Origin: Candidatus Woesebacteria bacterium
GTDB taxonomy: Bacteria > Patescibacteriota > Microgenomatia > UBA8517
Reading direction: 5' to 3'
Assembly (NCBI GenBank): GCA_963716475.1
Contig: OY970314.1
Location: forward strand, 138,479-202,478
DNA length: 64,000 nucleotides
In this document: positions 53,074-63,418 of the stretch, in pieces
How the letters are laid out: every line of letters starts with the position of its first letter
Numbering within the stretch: position 1 is the first letter of the stretch
Made by a program: the position numbers and the translations under genes
The notes under the pieces: generated by a model
Seen by the model: the letters and a program-made list of their open reading frames with translations, nothing else
Database searches by the model: none
What the model was told of the DNA's origin: nothing

Positions 53074-54809
53074 AATTAATAAGATTTCTTAAGCCTTATA
53101 TCTGGCTTATTTTGATTTTGAGTATATTTACATATCTTCAGGTAATGGCCAACCTGAAGTTGCCCGATTATACGGCTAAAATCGTTAATGAAGGAATTAT
53201 TCTTAACAATAATTCTGCGATCTACACTAACGGAGCTTTAATGCTTTTATTCACTCTGGCAGGAGCTGCGTGTGCCATCGTTGTCGGATTTCTGGCAGCG
53301 CGTATTGCTACCAGTTTTTCCCGGGATGTCAGACACGAGGTTTTTACAAAAGTGGAAAGTTATTCAATAACCGAATTTAATAAATTCTCAACCGCATCCC
53401 TCATTACCCGTTCGACAAACGATATCCAGCAAATCCAAATGGTACTTATAATGCTTTTTCGTCTGGTTCTTATGGCCCCCCTGATGGCAATCGGAGCTTT
53501 GCAAAATGCTTTTTTAAACGCCCCCTCGATGAGTTGGATAATTGCCCTGGCTTCAATTCTGCTTGTAACGCTAATTGCTACGCTCTTTGTTTTTGCCCTT
53601 CCCAAATTCAGACTTGTACAGGAACTAATTGACAAACTAAATCTTGTAGCCAGAGAGAATTTAACCGGCTTAAGAGTGGTTAGGGCATTTAACAATGAAC
53701 AACGCGAAGAGGAAAAATTTGAAAAGACGAATCAAGACCTGACCAGAGTGAATTTGTTTGTAAACAGATTAATGGTTCTACTCCAGCCGGCGATGACTCT
53801 AATACTGAGTATTTCCGTTGTGGCAATAGTTTGGTTCGGGGCACGTCTAATTAATACCGGCACTATCCAAATTGGCAACATGATCGCATTCATGCAATAT
53901 GCGATTCAGGTTATTACATCATTTCTTCTGATCTCCATCATATTTATTATGGTTCCGCGTGCTTCGGTTTCTGCAAAAAGAGTGGCAGAAATTATCGGAA
54001 CCGAGTCATCTGTTAAGGACCCGGCTCGCCCGGTAAAAGTAAATGCGGAAGGTCGGGGTAAAATTGAATTCAAAGACATTACCTTTGCCTACCCCGGGGC
54101 AGATTTACCCATTTTAACCAACATTAACTTTACGGCAGAGCCGGGGGGGACAACCGCCTTTATCGGTTCAACCGGAAGCGGAAAAACTACTTTGATAAAT
54201 CTAATCCCGCGATTTTATGATGTTACTGCAGGTCAGATACTTTTGGACGGAATTGATATTAGAGATTTGAAACTCACAGATCTTTATAGCCAGATTGGTT
54301 ACGTTCCACAAAAGGGTGTTCTTTTTTCCGGCACGGTTAAAGAGAACATTAGTTATGGAAATAAAAACGCAAGTGCAACCGAGATTGAAAAGTCCGCCAC
54401 TATCGCTCAAGCCTCGGAATTCATAAATAAACTTGACAAAAAATATGACAGCGACATCTCCCAGGGCGGCTCGAATGTCTCCGGGGGGCAAAAGCAAAGA
54501 CTCTCAATTGCCAGGGCACTTGCCGTTAACCCGAAGGTGTTTATTTTTGATGACTCCTTTTCGGCGTTGGATTTTAAAACTGACGCCGAACTTCGCAAAG
54601 CCTTATTTGCCGAAACCAGAGATAAGACTGTTCTAATCGTCGGTCAGAGGATCAGCACTATCATGAATGCCGATAAAATCATTGTTTTGGACGAAGGCAA
54701 AATTGTGGGTCAGGGTACTCACAGTCAACTTCTTAAAAGTAATGAAATATACCGAGAAATCGCGTATTCCCAATTGTCTGATGAGGAACTTAAGTCACGA
54801 AAATTATAA
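53067..54809 (+). CDS. Heterodimeric multidrug-type ABC exporter, subunit A
   Basis: TMD plus NBD: GSTGSGKT, SGGQKQR and degenerate FDDS. Confidence 0.93.
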   Translation: MLKLIRFLKPYIWLILILSIFTYLQVMANLKLPDYTAKIVNEGIILNNNSAIYTNGALMLLFTLAGAACAIVVGFLAARIATSFSRDVRHEVFTKVESYSITEFNKFSTASLITRSTNDIQQIQMVLIMLFRLVLMAPLMAIGALQNAFLNAPSMSWIIALASILLVTLIATLFVFALPKFRLVQELIDKLNLVARENLTGLRVVRAFNNEQREEEKFEKTNQDLTRVNLFVNRLMVLLQPAMTLILSISVVAIVWFGARLINTGTIQIGNMIAFMQYAIQVITSFLLISIIFIMVPRASVSAKRVAEIIGTESSVKDPARPVKVNAEGRGKIEFKDITFAYPGADLPILTNINFTAEPGGTTAFIGSTGSGKTTLINLIPRFYDVTAGQILLDGIDIRDLKLTDLYSQIGYVPQKGVLFSGTVKENISYGNKNASATEIEKSATIAQASEFINKLDKKYDSDISQGGSNVSGGQKQRLSIARALAVNPKVFIFDDSFSALDFKTDAELRKALFAETRDKTVLIVGQRISTIMNADKIIVLDEGKIVGQGTHSQLLKSNEIYREIAYSQLSDEELKSRKL

Positions 54810-54817
54810 ATAATATT

Positions 54818-56833
54818 ATGAACAAAGATGCAGAAACTAATAAAATTCCGAAAATTCCCGGCAGGGGTGGGGTGTTTGGCAGGCCGGCGCACATGATGAT
54901 GGGGGCACCTGTCGAAAGAGCTAAAGATTTCAAAGGTACCATAAGGAAACTTATGGGTTATCTTAAACCGTTCTGGATACAGATGGTTCTGGTTCTGGCT
55001 TTTGCTATCTCAAGCACTGTTTTTGCTATAGTTAGCCCGAAAATACTCGGGACTGCTACCAATCAAATTGTTAATGATTACATTAATATAAAAACTTACG
55101 ATCAAATTACGTCCATGTTGCCGGCAGGGACGAAACTACCCCAGGGGACTACAGGCAAAGACCTTATCTTGAAACTTCCCCCAAGCGTGGTGCAAAAAAT
55201 ACCAAAGGACCAGCTCGAGAAAATCCAATCTCTTGACTTAACAACAAGGCCGATATTTCACTTCGACGTGATAAGAAATATCATTCTTCTTCTAATCGGT
55301 CTTTATGTCTTGAGTAGCATATTAAGTTATATACAGGGCTGGATTTTAGCGACGGTTACTCAAAAAGTGACTTACCGGTTTAGAAAAGATATATCTGCCA
55401 AAATGAACAAACTTCCTTTAAGTTATTTTGATAAACATACGTTTGGCGAGGTTTTAAGCAGGATCACAAACGACGTAGACACGGTAAGTCAGTCGCTTAA
55501 CCAGAGCATGTCCCAAATCGTTACTTCTGTTGTTATGATCCTGGGGATTACCGTTATGATGCTTTCGATTAGCGCTCTCTTAACACTGGTTACCATAATA
55601 ATTCTGCCTTTCAGTTTTATTTTAATTGCGCAGCTTACGAAGCGTTCACAAAAACAGTTTGTTAATCAGCAGGAAGAATTGGGAAATCTTAACGGCCATA
55701 TTGAAGAAATGTATGCAGGACATTTGGTTATGAGAGTTTTTAACGGAGAGGCGGGTTCTGTCGCCAAATTCGAAGGAATAAATAACAAACTTTTTAACAG
55801 TGCCTGGAAATCACAGTTTTTGTCGGGTCTTATTTACCCCCTGATGAATTTTATCGGGAACCTTGGCTATGTGGGAGTTTCCGTTGTTGGTGGTTGGCTT
55901 GCCATTCAGGGAAAACTCCAAATAGGGGATATTCAAGCATTTATTCAATACGTTCAGCAGTTTAATCAGCCGATTGCCCAGACGGCTAATATTGCAAACG
56001 TCTTGCAATCTGCCGCTGCTGCAGCGGAACGCGTTTTTGAGTTTCTGGCGGAGAAAGAAGAAGCAAAGGATGTGGAAAATCCTGTTATCTTAACTTCTAC
56101 CAAAGGAAAGGTTGAATTTGATAACGTCGTTTTCGGGTATAACCCGGGAAGTCCTGTAATTAAAAATCTTTCTGCGAAAATCGAACCCGGACATAGAATT
56201 GCGATTGTCGGTCCGACAGGTGCCGGTAAAACCACACTGGTAAACCTGCTCATGCGATTTTACGAAGTCCAATCCGGTTCCATAAAAATCGATGGCACCG
56301 ATATTAAAGACATGGACAGGCAGGACGTTAGAAGACTTTTTGGTATGGTCCTTCAGGATACCTGGCTTTTTAAGGGCACGATACGCGAGAATATTACATA
56401 TGGAAATTCCAAAGCCTCCGAAGCAGAGATAATACAGGCTGCCCAAGAAGCACATGTTGATCATTTTGTCAGATCACTTCCTAAAGGATATGACATGGAG
56501 ATTAACGAGGAAGCCAGCAATCTTTCTTCGGGTGAGAAACAACTTCTGACTATAGCCCGCGCCATGCTTGCTAAAAATCCAATGCTAATCTTAGACGAGG
56601 CGACAAGCTCAGTCGATACCAGAACTGAGGTTTTAATCCAAAAGGCAATGGATACCCTGATGAAAGATAAAACCAGTTTCGTGATTGCCCATAGGCTTTC
56701 GACCATTCGCGATGCCAATCTCATCTTGGTTATGAAAGATGGCAATGTGATCGAACAGGGAACTCACAAAGAACTACTAAAACTGAATGGCTTTTACGCC
56801 TCACTTTATAACAGCCAATTTGCAATTAGCTAA
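54818..56833 (+). CDS. Heterodimeric multidrug-type ABC exporter, subunit B
   Basis: GPTGAGKT, LSSGEKQ, LDEATS and AHRL. Confidence 0.93.
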   Translation: MNKDAETNKIPKIPGRGGVFGRPAHMMMGAPVERAKDFKGTIRKLMGYLKPFWIQMVLVLAFAISSTVFAIVSPKILGTATNQIVNDYINIKTYDQITSMLPAGTKLPQGTTGKDLILKLPPSVVQKIPKDQLEKIQSLDLTTRPIFHFDVIRNIILLLIGLYVLSSILSYIQGWILATVTQKVTYRFRKDISAKMNKLPLSYFDKHTFGEVLSRITNDVDTVSQSLNQSMSQIVTSVVMILGITVMMLSISALLTLVTIIILPFSFILIAQLTKRSQKQFVNQQEELGNLNGHIEEMYAGHLVMRVFNGEAGSVAKFEGINNKLFNSAWKSQFLSGLIYPLMNFIGNLGYVGVSVVGGWLAIQGKLQIGDIQAFIQYVQQFNQPIAQTANIANVLQSAAAAAERVFEFLAEKEEAKDVENPVILTSTKGKVEFDNVVFGYNPGSPVIKNLSAKIEPGHRIAIVGPTGAGKTTLVNLLMRFYEVQSGSIKIDGTDIKDMDRQDVRRLFGMVLQDTWLFKGTIRENITYGNSKASEAEIIQAAQEAHVDHFVRSLPKGYDMEINEEASNLSSGEKQLLTIARAMLAKNPMLILDEATSSVDTRTEVLIQKAMDTLMKDKTSFVIAHRLSTIRDANLILVMKDGNVIEQGTHKELLKLNGFYASLYNSQFAIS

Positions 56834-56862
56834 GTTTCCCCTGTGATACACTGCTACTCTAT

Positions 56863-56894
56863 TTTCAGCTATTTTTCAGCTATCGTAGTATAAT
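56863..56894 (+). promoter_or_regulatory. OmpR-type tandem direct-repeat box plus -10
   Basis: TTTCAG-N5-TTTCAG followed by TATAAT. Confidence 0.65.
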
Positions 56895-56905
56895 ATAGCC
56901 TTGAT

Positions 56906-57559
56906 ATGAGAATTTTAGTGGTTGAGGATGAACATAAAATTGCCAACTCCATAAAACGCGGATTTGAACAGGAAACTTGGGCGACCGACGTAGCTTATGA
57001 TGGAGAGGAGGGCTATGATATGGCCTCCTCTGAAGATTATGATGTGATAGTTTTAGACCTTATGCTTCCAAAAATGGATGGAATGGAGATTTGTAAAAAA
57101 CTCCGGGCTGACGGAATTAATATTCCGATATTGATGCTTACCGCCCGCGGAGAACTTGCCGACAAGGTCGAAGGGCTAGATAGCGGTGCCGATGATTACT
57201 TGGTTAAACCTTTTGCTTTTGAAGAGCTTTTAGCAAGGGTAAAGGCACTCTCCAGACGGCCAAAGCAAACTAACAGTGAAGAACTTAATACCAATGATTT
57301 AACGTTAAATACAAATACTTTCGAGGTTAAAAAAGGCGGCAAGGTAATCGAACTTTCGCGTAAGGAATTTGCGCTTTTGGAATATCTTATGAGGAATGCT
57401 GGAAGGGTAGTTTCCAAAGAGAATATTATTGCTCATGTCTGGGATTATGAAAGCGATATTTTACCCAACACCGTTGAGGTTTTTGTAGGGTACCTGAGAG
57501 AGAAGGTCGGTGGCGATGTTATTAAAACGGTAAGGGGATTTGGGTATAAGATAGTCTAA
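56906..57559 (+). CDS. OmpR/PhoB-family response regulator
   Basis: VVEDE, LDLMLP, GADDYLVKPF and TVRGFGY. Confidence 0.96.
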   Translation: MRILVVEDEHKIANSIKRGFEQETWATDVAYDGEEGYDMASSEDYDVIVLDLMLPKMDGMEICKKLRADGINIPILMLTARGELADKVEGLDSGADDYLVKPFAFEELLARVKALSRRPKQTNSEELNTNDLTLNTNTFEVKKGGKVIELSRKEFALLEYLMRNAGRVVSKENIIAHVWDYESDILPNTVEVFVGYLREKVGGDVIKTVRGFGYKIV

Positions 57560-57569
57560 TCTGGAATTC

Positions 57570-58589
57570 ATGTTTAAAGAAGCCCGCCTTAAATTAACAG
57601 GTTGGTATCTGGCTATCATTATGGCTATCAGTTTCTCTTTTTCTGTGGCTATTTATGCTGGTGTCAACAATGAACTGACAAGGATCGGTGACATGCAAAG
57701 AGCTAGGCAGGATAGGGTAGACACAATCAGCAATTTTTTAATACAAAACGGTCTTCCTGTACCGCCCGAAGTTCAATCACTTGATTCAGAAACAGTTGAG
57801 CAAGCAAGACTCAGAATCATTTCGACCCTGGGACTTATAAATATCGCTATTCTGGTTATCTCCGGTCTTGGCGGATATTTTCTGGCAGGACTTACCTTGG
57901 ATCCGATTTCGAAAATGGTTAAGAAACAGAAAGAGTTTGTGGGCAACGCTTCACATGAGCTTCGTACGCCACTGACCTCCCTCAAGACCGAGATTGAGGT
58001 AGCCTTGAGAGATAAAAACATGGATGTGGATGATTTTAAAAATCTTTTGAGGAGCAATCTGGAAGACGTAAATAGTATGCAAAAACTTTCAAATTATTTA
58101 CTCGAGCTCAACCGTTATGAAAATTCTGATATAAATATCGAAATTGGAAAAGTTGAATTGTCTGGGATCGTTGCACAAGTTGTCAAAAAAGTCGGTCCGG
58201 TCGCCCACACCAAGAAAATTCAATTGGTAACAAAATTACAGAAAGTGATCGTCAGCGGAAACGAGGATGCTTTGAGCGAGCTTTCGACAATATTAATTGA
58301 AAATGCCATAAAATATTCGGGTAGAAGTAAAACTGTCGAGATAAAAACCAAAGGCAAGGGAACCCTTGAAGTAAAGGATTTTGGTATCGGAATTCCGGAA
58401 GCGGATCTTCCACACATATTTGAGAGGTTTTACAGGTCCGAGCTTTCCAGGTCTAAAGAAAAGATTGACGGTTACGGTTTGGGACTTTCTATCGCCAAGT
58501 CAATAGTTGATAAACTCGGGGGAAAAATTAGGGTTGCCAGCAAACTTGGGCAGGGGACAACATTCTCGGTACAGTTTTCTACTGCTTAA
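57570..58589 (+). CDS. Sensor histidine kinase
   Basis: Two TMs, ASHELRTPL, ENAIKY, DFGIGI and GLGLSI. Confidence 0.95.
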   Translation: MFKEARLKLTGWYLAIIMAISFSFSVAIYAGVNNELTRIGDMQRARQDRVDTISNFLIQNGLPVPPEVQSLDSETVEQARLRIISTLGLINIAILVISGLGGYFLAGLTLDPISKMVKKQKEFVGNASHELRTPLTSLKTEIEVALRDKNMDVDDFKNLLRSNLEDVNSMQKLSNYLLELNRYENSDINIEIGKVELSGIVAQVVKKVGPVAHTKKIQLVTKLQKVIVSGNEDALSELSTILIENAIKYSGRSKTVEIKTKGKGTLEVKDFGIGIPEADLPHIFERFYRSELSRSKEKIDGYGLGLSIAKSIVDKLGGKIRVASKLGQGTTFSVQFSTA

Positions 58590-58595
58590 ATAATT

Positions 58596-58612
58596 TCTCA
58601 GTTACGTCTCAG
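58596..58612 (+). promoter_or_regulatory. OmpR-type tandem direct-repeat box
   Basis: TCTCAG-N5-TCTCAG upstream of the efflux operon. Confidence 0.6.
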
Positions 58613-58657
58613 GTTGTGGACCCAAAATTCATTGCAGGAGTATAATCACTCCGTAGC

Positions 58658-59980
58658 ATGGCGAAAAAGGAAGTTAATCTAAATTGGTGGCAAAAGGTTA
58701 TTCGAAAGTCAAAGACTTTTTGGAGTTGGCTTCGTGCAGATAAAAAAAGACTATCCGGTGCAGTTATTGTTCTTGCCATCTTGATCTTCGGAATCTGGAA
58801 AATTACCTCAACCAAAAGCAACCAAGTTCAATATCAAACCTCTTCCGTTCAAAAGGGGACAGTTGTTTCCACTATTTCCGCCTCAGGTAGGGCAATTTCA
58901 ACAAGCGTTCTTCCCATAAGTACCGACGCGTCGGGAATTGTTGGAAAGGTTTATGTAAAAGACGGTGATCATGTGGTTCAGGGCCAGAAAATTGCGGATA
59001 TTACCATGGACACAAGCGGTCAACAGCAATATTTGCAAGCGCTTAGTGGCTATTACTCTGCCCAGAGTGGCCTGGTTTCTGCGAACAATGCTTATTATAG
59101 CCTTCAGGCTGCAGAATTCTCCGCGAATCAAAAGTTTATCAACGACGCGCTCGCCAGAAGTCTTGACCCAACTGACCCTACCTACATTCAGGAGAATGAT
59201 GCCTGGTTGGCTGCTCAAGCGAGTTTCTTAAATCAGGGAACTACTCTTTCTCAAGCTAAAGCTTCTCTCAGTAACGCCGCCATTAATTTACAGCTTTCCG
59301 CGCCCACAATAACGGTTCCTTACACCGGAACAATTGCGGATATTAATTTAGTGGAAGGTATGGTTATTACAGCAAGCACAAACTCTACGACCGGAGCTAC
59401 CTCTTCGCAAAGAATTGCGGTTATCAATAACAATGCCACGCCTGTTATTAACGTAACTTTAGGCGAAACCGATGTGCCGAATGTTAAAATTGGCCAGAAA
59501 GCCACGATTACCTTTGATTCAATCACCGACAAAACTTTTACGGGAGTTGTGGCTACGGTCGATCGGATAGGCACAATTTCATCTAACGTAACGAGCTATG
59601 GGGTTAATATAAAACTAGATAGCGGTTCAGACCAGATCTTACCCAACATGGCAGCAACTGCCGATATAATTACGAGTACAGTGACGGATGCTTTATATGT
59701 GCCTTCTGCCGTGCTTGTTACTCAAAACGGGACAACTTACGCAAAGACTTTGGTCAAAGGTAAAGAGGTTGACGTTGCGGTTGAAACCGGAATTTCTTCT
59801 GATACGGATACAGTTATTACCTCAGGGCTGACTGAAGGCGAAACTGTTATAACGGGAACAGTTACCGCAAGTTCTTCTACCAGCGGATCGGCAGGAACCT
59901 CAATATTTAGCAGAAGCTTTGGTGGCGGAGGTGGGGCAGCAGTAGTAAGAACTGGCGGAGGAGCCGCAGTAGGGAGATAA
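58658..59980 (+). CDS. Efflux membrane-fusion (adaptor) protein, MacA/HlyD-like
   Basis: N-terminal TM, biotinyl-lipoyl halves (VKDGDHV; PYTGTI), ETD...VKIGQ and GLTEGE. Confidence 0.88.
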   Translation: MAKKEVNLNWWQKVIRKSKTFWSWLRADKKRLSGAVIVLAILIFGIWKITSTKSNQVQYQTSSVQKGTVVSTISASGRAISTSVLPISTDASGIVGKVYVKDGDHVVQGQKIADITMDTSGQQQYLQALSGYYSAQSGLVSANNAYYSLQAAEFSANQKFINDALARSLDPTDPTYIQENDAWLAAQASFLNQGTTLSQAKASLSNAAINLQLSAPTITVPYTGTIADINLVEGMVITASTNSTTGATSSQRIAVINNNATPVINVTLGETDVPNVKIGQKATITFDSITDKTFTGVVATVDRIGTISSNVTSYGVNIKLDSGSDQILPNMAATADIITSTVTDALYVPSAVLVTQNGTTYAKTLVKGKEVDVAVETGISSDTDTVITSGLTEGETVITGTVTASSSTSGSAGTSIFSRSFGGGGGAAVVRTGGGAAVGR

Positions 59981-59985
59981 CCGCC

Positions 59986-60690
59986 GTGATACAGGTTTCC
60001 CATGTCAGTAAAATTTATAGGACCGGGGATGTTGAAACAAGAGCACTTGATGACGTTAGCTTCAAAATAGAAAACGGCGAGTTCGTGGCCGTAATGGGTC
60101 CATCTGGTTCGGGTAAATCAACTTTAATGCACATTGTCGGGGCGCTTGATACTCCGACATCTGGAACTTATATTTTGGACGGAGAAAATGTCGAAAACCT
60201 TTCTGATGATGAGCTGGCCGATATAAGGAATAGAAAGATCGGATTTGTTTTCCAATTTTTCAACCTTTTACCAAGAACATCGGCTTTAAAAAATGTTGAG
60301 CTTCCAATGGTATATGGTGGAATTAAAAAAGAGGAGAGAGAAAAGATTGCAATGAAGTTTTTGGATATGGTCGATCTGAGTGATCGTCTCGGTAATGCCC
60401 CCAATCAGCTTTCGGGAGGTCAACAGCAAAGAGTTGCCATTGCCAGAAGTCTGGTTATGGATCCTTCAATAATCCTGGCCGATGAACCCACTGGTAATAT
60501 CGCCACCGCACAAGCGGAGGAGATAATGGCAATTTTTCAAAAATTAAATAATGAAGGACGAACCATTGTGATGATTACTCACGAGCCTGATATTGCCGAG
60601 CACGCAAAAAGAATCATTCATATCAGGGATGGAAAAATAGTTAAAGACGAGAATGGTCACAAACAAAGGATTATAAGGTTATATAACTAA
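59986..60690 (+). CDS. ABC ATP-binding protein (MacB/LolD-like)
   Basis: GPSGSGKST, LSGGQQQR and ADEPTG. Confidence 0.95.
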   Translation: MIQVSHVSKIYRTGDVETRALDDVSFKIENGEFVAVMGPSGSGKSTLMHIVGALDTPTSGTYILDGENVENLSDDELADIRNRKIGFVFQFFNLLPRTSALKNVELPMVYGGIKKEEREKIAMKFLDMVDLSDRLGNAPNQLSGGQQQRVAIARSLVMDPSIILADEPTGNIATAQAEEIMAIFQKLNNEGRTIVMITHEPDIAEHAKRIIHIRDGKIVKDENGHKQRIIRLYN

Positions 60691-60691
60691 A

Positions 60692-61915
60692 ATGGATATA
60701 AACGAACTAATTGCGGAAGCGTTAAATACTTTAAGAGTAAACAAGCTAAGAACTTTCCTGGCCATACTCGGGATTGTTATCGGGATCGGAAGCGTTATTG
60801 CCCTTGTGTCTTTAGGCCAGGGATCTCAGGCTTCTATTTCAAATCAAATAGAGTCTTTGGGTGCCAACCTTTTGACGATTTCCCCCGGAAGCCAGCGTGG
60901 AGGATTTGTACAAGGAGGGGCGGGAAGTGCAACTACGTTGACAGTTGAGGATGCTCAAGCAATCTCAACTTCACCTACCGTGACCGATGTGGCTAACGTC
61001 TCACCCGAATATACAAGACGGGCCCAAGTCACAGCGAGTGGCAAAAATACAAACACCGAAATTATCGGGGCAACTACCGTTTACGAGACAGTGCACAAGG
61101 TTAGTATTGCCACGGGTCAATTTTTAACCGATGGTGATAACGCAAGGCAAACTAAGGTGGCAATACTGGGACCGACTGTCGTAACAGATCTTTTTGGGGA
61201 TGGAGCAAACCCTATTGGCCAAAGTATCAGAATTCAGGGACAGTCTTTCAGAGTAATAGGGGTTACAGTAAGTAAAGGGGGATCGGGCCTGGGTAATCAG
61301 GATGATGTAATTTATGTTCCGCTTTCAACCGCGCAGAAAGTTTTGTTTGGCGCGACAAGCTTGAGTGATATTTCTGTAGAAGCAAAAAGTGCTGCAGTGA
61401 TGACCGCTGCTGAGAACGAAATCGGATACCTGCTTTTGGACAGACATAAAATTGCAAATCCCACAAATGCCGATTTCTCGATATTTTCACAGAACGATAT
61501 ATTGAATACAGCGAGTAGTGTTACCGGAACTTTTACGGCACTTCTTAGCGGTATTGCCGCAATTTCCTTAATTGTTGGTGGAATCGGAATAATGAATATT
61601 ATGCTTGTGACGGTCACAGAAAGAACACGAGAGATAGGACTCAGAAAAGCCTTGGGTGCCAAAAAGAGGGACATTATATCTCAGTTCCTTATTGAGGCTA
61701 TTATTTTGACTTTTGCCGGGGGAGTAATAGGGATGCTTGTTGGAGTTCTGATATCGGTCGTTATCTCCAAGCTTATTAGCATCCCGTTTGCAGTTTCTAC
61801 CGGTTCTGTGGCATTGGCAATTGGAGTTTCGGGAGCAATAGGTATAATTTTTGGCTGGTATCCTGCCAAGAAAGCCAGTGATCTTCAGCCCATTGAGGCT
61901 TTACGCTACGAGTAA
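60692..61915 (+). CDS. ABC permease (MacB/FtsX-like)
   Basis: GGIGIMNIMLV.VTERTREIG.RKA.GA and PIEALRYE. Confidence 0.95.
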   Translation: MDINELIAEALNTLRVNKLRTFLAILGIVIGIGSVIALVSLGQGSQASISNQIESLGANLLTISPGSQRGGFVQGGAGSATTLTVEDAQAISTSPTVTDVANVSPEYTRRAQVTASGKNTNTEIIGATTVYETVHKVSIATGQFLTDGDNARQTKVAILGPTVVTDLFGDGANPIGQSIRIQGQSFRVIGVTVSKGGSGLGNQDDVIYVPLSTAQKVLFGATSLSDISVEAKSAAVMTAAENEIGYLLLDRHKIANPTNADFSIFSQNDILNTASSVTGTFTALLSGIAAISLIVGGIGIMNIMLVTVTERTREIGLRKALGAKKRDIISQFLIEAIILTFAGGVIGMLVGVLISVVISKLISIPFAVSTGSVALAIGVSGAIGIIFGWYPAKKASDLQPIEALRYE

Positions 61916-61992
61916 ACCGAAAAAGTGAGCTAATCTTCGAGTCGAATCTATCAAAGCTTTACATTATGCATTTTGCCTAGGTTTAACTTATA

Positions 61993-62313
61993 ATGTATAC
62001 TTCCCTCATGGAAATTCTAAAATCATGGATGGTTCAGGACTTTGTAGCCCGTCTGTCTGCCAGTATTCCGTTCGGGACTAGGGAAGCAGTCCAGGGGACA
62101 GGATATGGGAAGGTAACAGGTATTTTGAATGAAATGAAGTGTGTTGAAATAGTCCATCAAAGCAAACCTCTAGTTTCTGGTAGTTCCGATAAGAATATTT
62201 ATTCTAAATTACCGGATAAAGACTGCTCCATCTGCTCGTTTGAAAGAAGCGGAAGTAGCGGTTGTGTTATTAGACGGCAGGATCTAAGAAAGATATACGA
62301 AGATAGTCGTTAG
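61993..62313 (+). CDS. Hypothetical protein with CxxC
   Basis: 106 aa ORF with no recognised family. Confidence 0.45.
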   Translation: MYTSLMEILKSWMVQDFVARLSASIPFGTREAVQGTGYGKVTGILNEMKCVEIVHQSKPLVSGSSDKNIYSKLPDKDCSICSFERSGSSGCVIRRQDLRKIYEDSR

Positions 62314-62330
62314 TTTAAGCTTCCTTTCAG
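62314..62330 (+). promoter_or_regulatory. OmpR-type tandem direct-repeat box
   Basis: TTTAAG-N5-TTTCAG followed by TAACAT. Confidence 0.55.
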
Positions 62331-62355
62331 GTAGTGAGGCTAACATTTATTTATA

Positions 62356-62802
62356 GTGAAAAACGCAAAGGCGATAGTTCCGGTAGTTTTACTTCTGGTC
62401 GGCCTTGGGGCCGGCTTTTTCGGCGGAATTCAATACAGGAATTATCAGATTAGTAAAGCCCGCGGAAGCTTTGCCGGTGCAAACGGAACCTTTCAGAGGT
62501 TTACAGGCGGCACCGGGGGTGGGCAAGGAGCACGCGGAGGAGCAGTTTCCGGAAGCATTCTTTCGATGGACACAAGCTCTATAACTGTTAAATTGGCTGA
62601 CGGCAGCACAAAAATAGTTCTTTTCGGTGGAAGCACCACATATTCAAATACAGTTACTGCAGCGCAAACTGATCTTAAAGTAGGCAGCCAGGTTGTAGTA
62701 CTTGGTTCAACCAACACAGACGGAAGTGTGACTGCAACCAGCATCCAAATTAATCCCCAGTTTGGCAGGGGAATGATGCCCTCTCCGGCCCCTACCCCTT
62801 GA
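62356..62802 (+). CDS. Membrane-anchored small beta-domain protein (DUF5666-like)
   Basis: N-terminal TM, Gly-rich linker and G.I...D..SITV...DLKVG..V.V.G..N.DGSVTA..I. Confidence 0.7.
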   Translation: MKNAKAIVPVVLLLVGLGAGFFGGIQYRNYQISKARGSFAGANGTFQRFTGGTGGGQGARGGAVSGSILSMDTSSITVKLADGSTKIVLFGGSTTYSNTVTAAQTDLKVGSQVVVLGSTNTDGSVTATSIQINPQFGRGMMPSPAPTP

Positions 62803-62843
62803 TCTATTTGGCTACGCTCAGGATAAGTATATTCTCCTCTTAT

Positions 62844-62860
62844 TTTAAGTTATATTTCAG
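62844..62860 (+). promoter_or_regulatory. OmpR-type tandem direct-repeat box
   Basis: TTTAAG-N5-TTTCAG followed by TAATGT. Confidence 0.55.
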
Positions 62861-62883
62861 CTAAGGAATGGTAATGTTGATAT

Positions 62884-63405
62884 ATGAAAAAGTTTTTGCT
62901 GTCAACTCTGGTTTTAATAATATTTACTGTTTATGCAATCCACTTAAAGCCGGCCCAGGGGGCTAGCCCTGTTGCTATTGCTCCGATACCGACAATAAAT
63001 CGAACACGACGTTTTGGAGATGACGAAGGCGTTGTAGTACCTCCCGCAGCTATTGCCACAACGGTGCCTGCACCAACCCAGACGACTAACGCGGTTCAAC
63101 CTCCCGCTACGGCTAATACCGGAAAGTATAAAAATGGAACATATACAGGAAGTGTTGCTGATGCTTTTTATGGGAACGTTCAGGTTCAGGTAACGATTTC
63201 AGGAGGACAGATTACTGACGTTCAATTCTTACAATATCCGAGTGATAGACAAACATCAATTGCGATAAACTCTCAAGCAATGCCTTACCTGAAACAAGAA
63301 GCAATTCAAGCTCAATCTGCACAAGTTGCAGGCGTTTCCGGTGCCACGGCTACGAGCCAGGCATTTATTCAATCTTTGGGAAGTGCTCTCCAACAGGCAG
63401 TTTAA
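62884..63405 (+). CDS. Extracytoplasmic FMN-binding (flavinylated) domain protein
   Basis: Signal/TM, Pro/Thr linker, YKNGTYTG, YG.VQV.V and the SGAT flavinylation motif. Confidence 0.9.
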   Translation: MKKFLLSTLVLIIFTVYAIHLKPAQGASPVAIAPIPTINRTRRFGDDEGVVVPPAAIATTVPAPTQTTNAVQPPATANTGKYKNGTYTGSVADAFYGNVQVQVTISGGQITDVQFLQYPSDRQTSIAINSQAMPYLKQEAIQAQSAQVAGVSGATATSQAFIQSLGSALQQAV

Positions 63406-63418
63406 GATTTTTCAAATT

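Noticed and set aside
52627-56833. MarR plus heterodimeric ABC exporter as a novel system
   Set aside because: This is a common, well-described architecture. The extra loop in subunit B is not enough to claim novelty.
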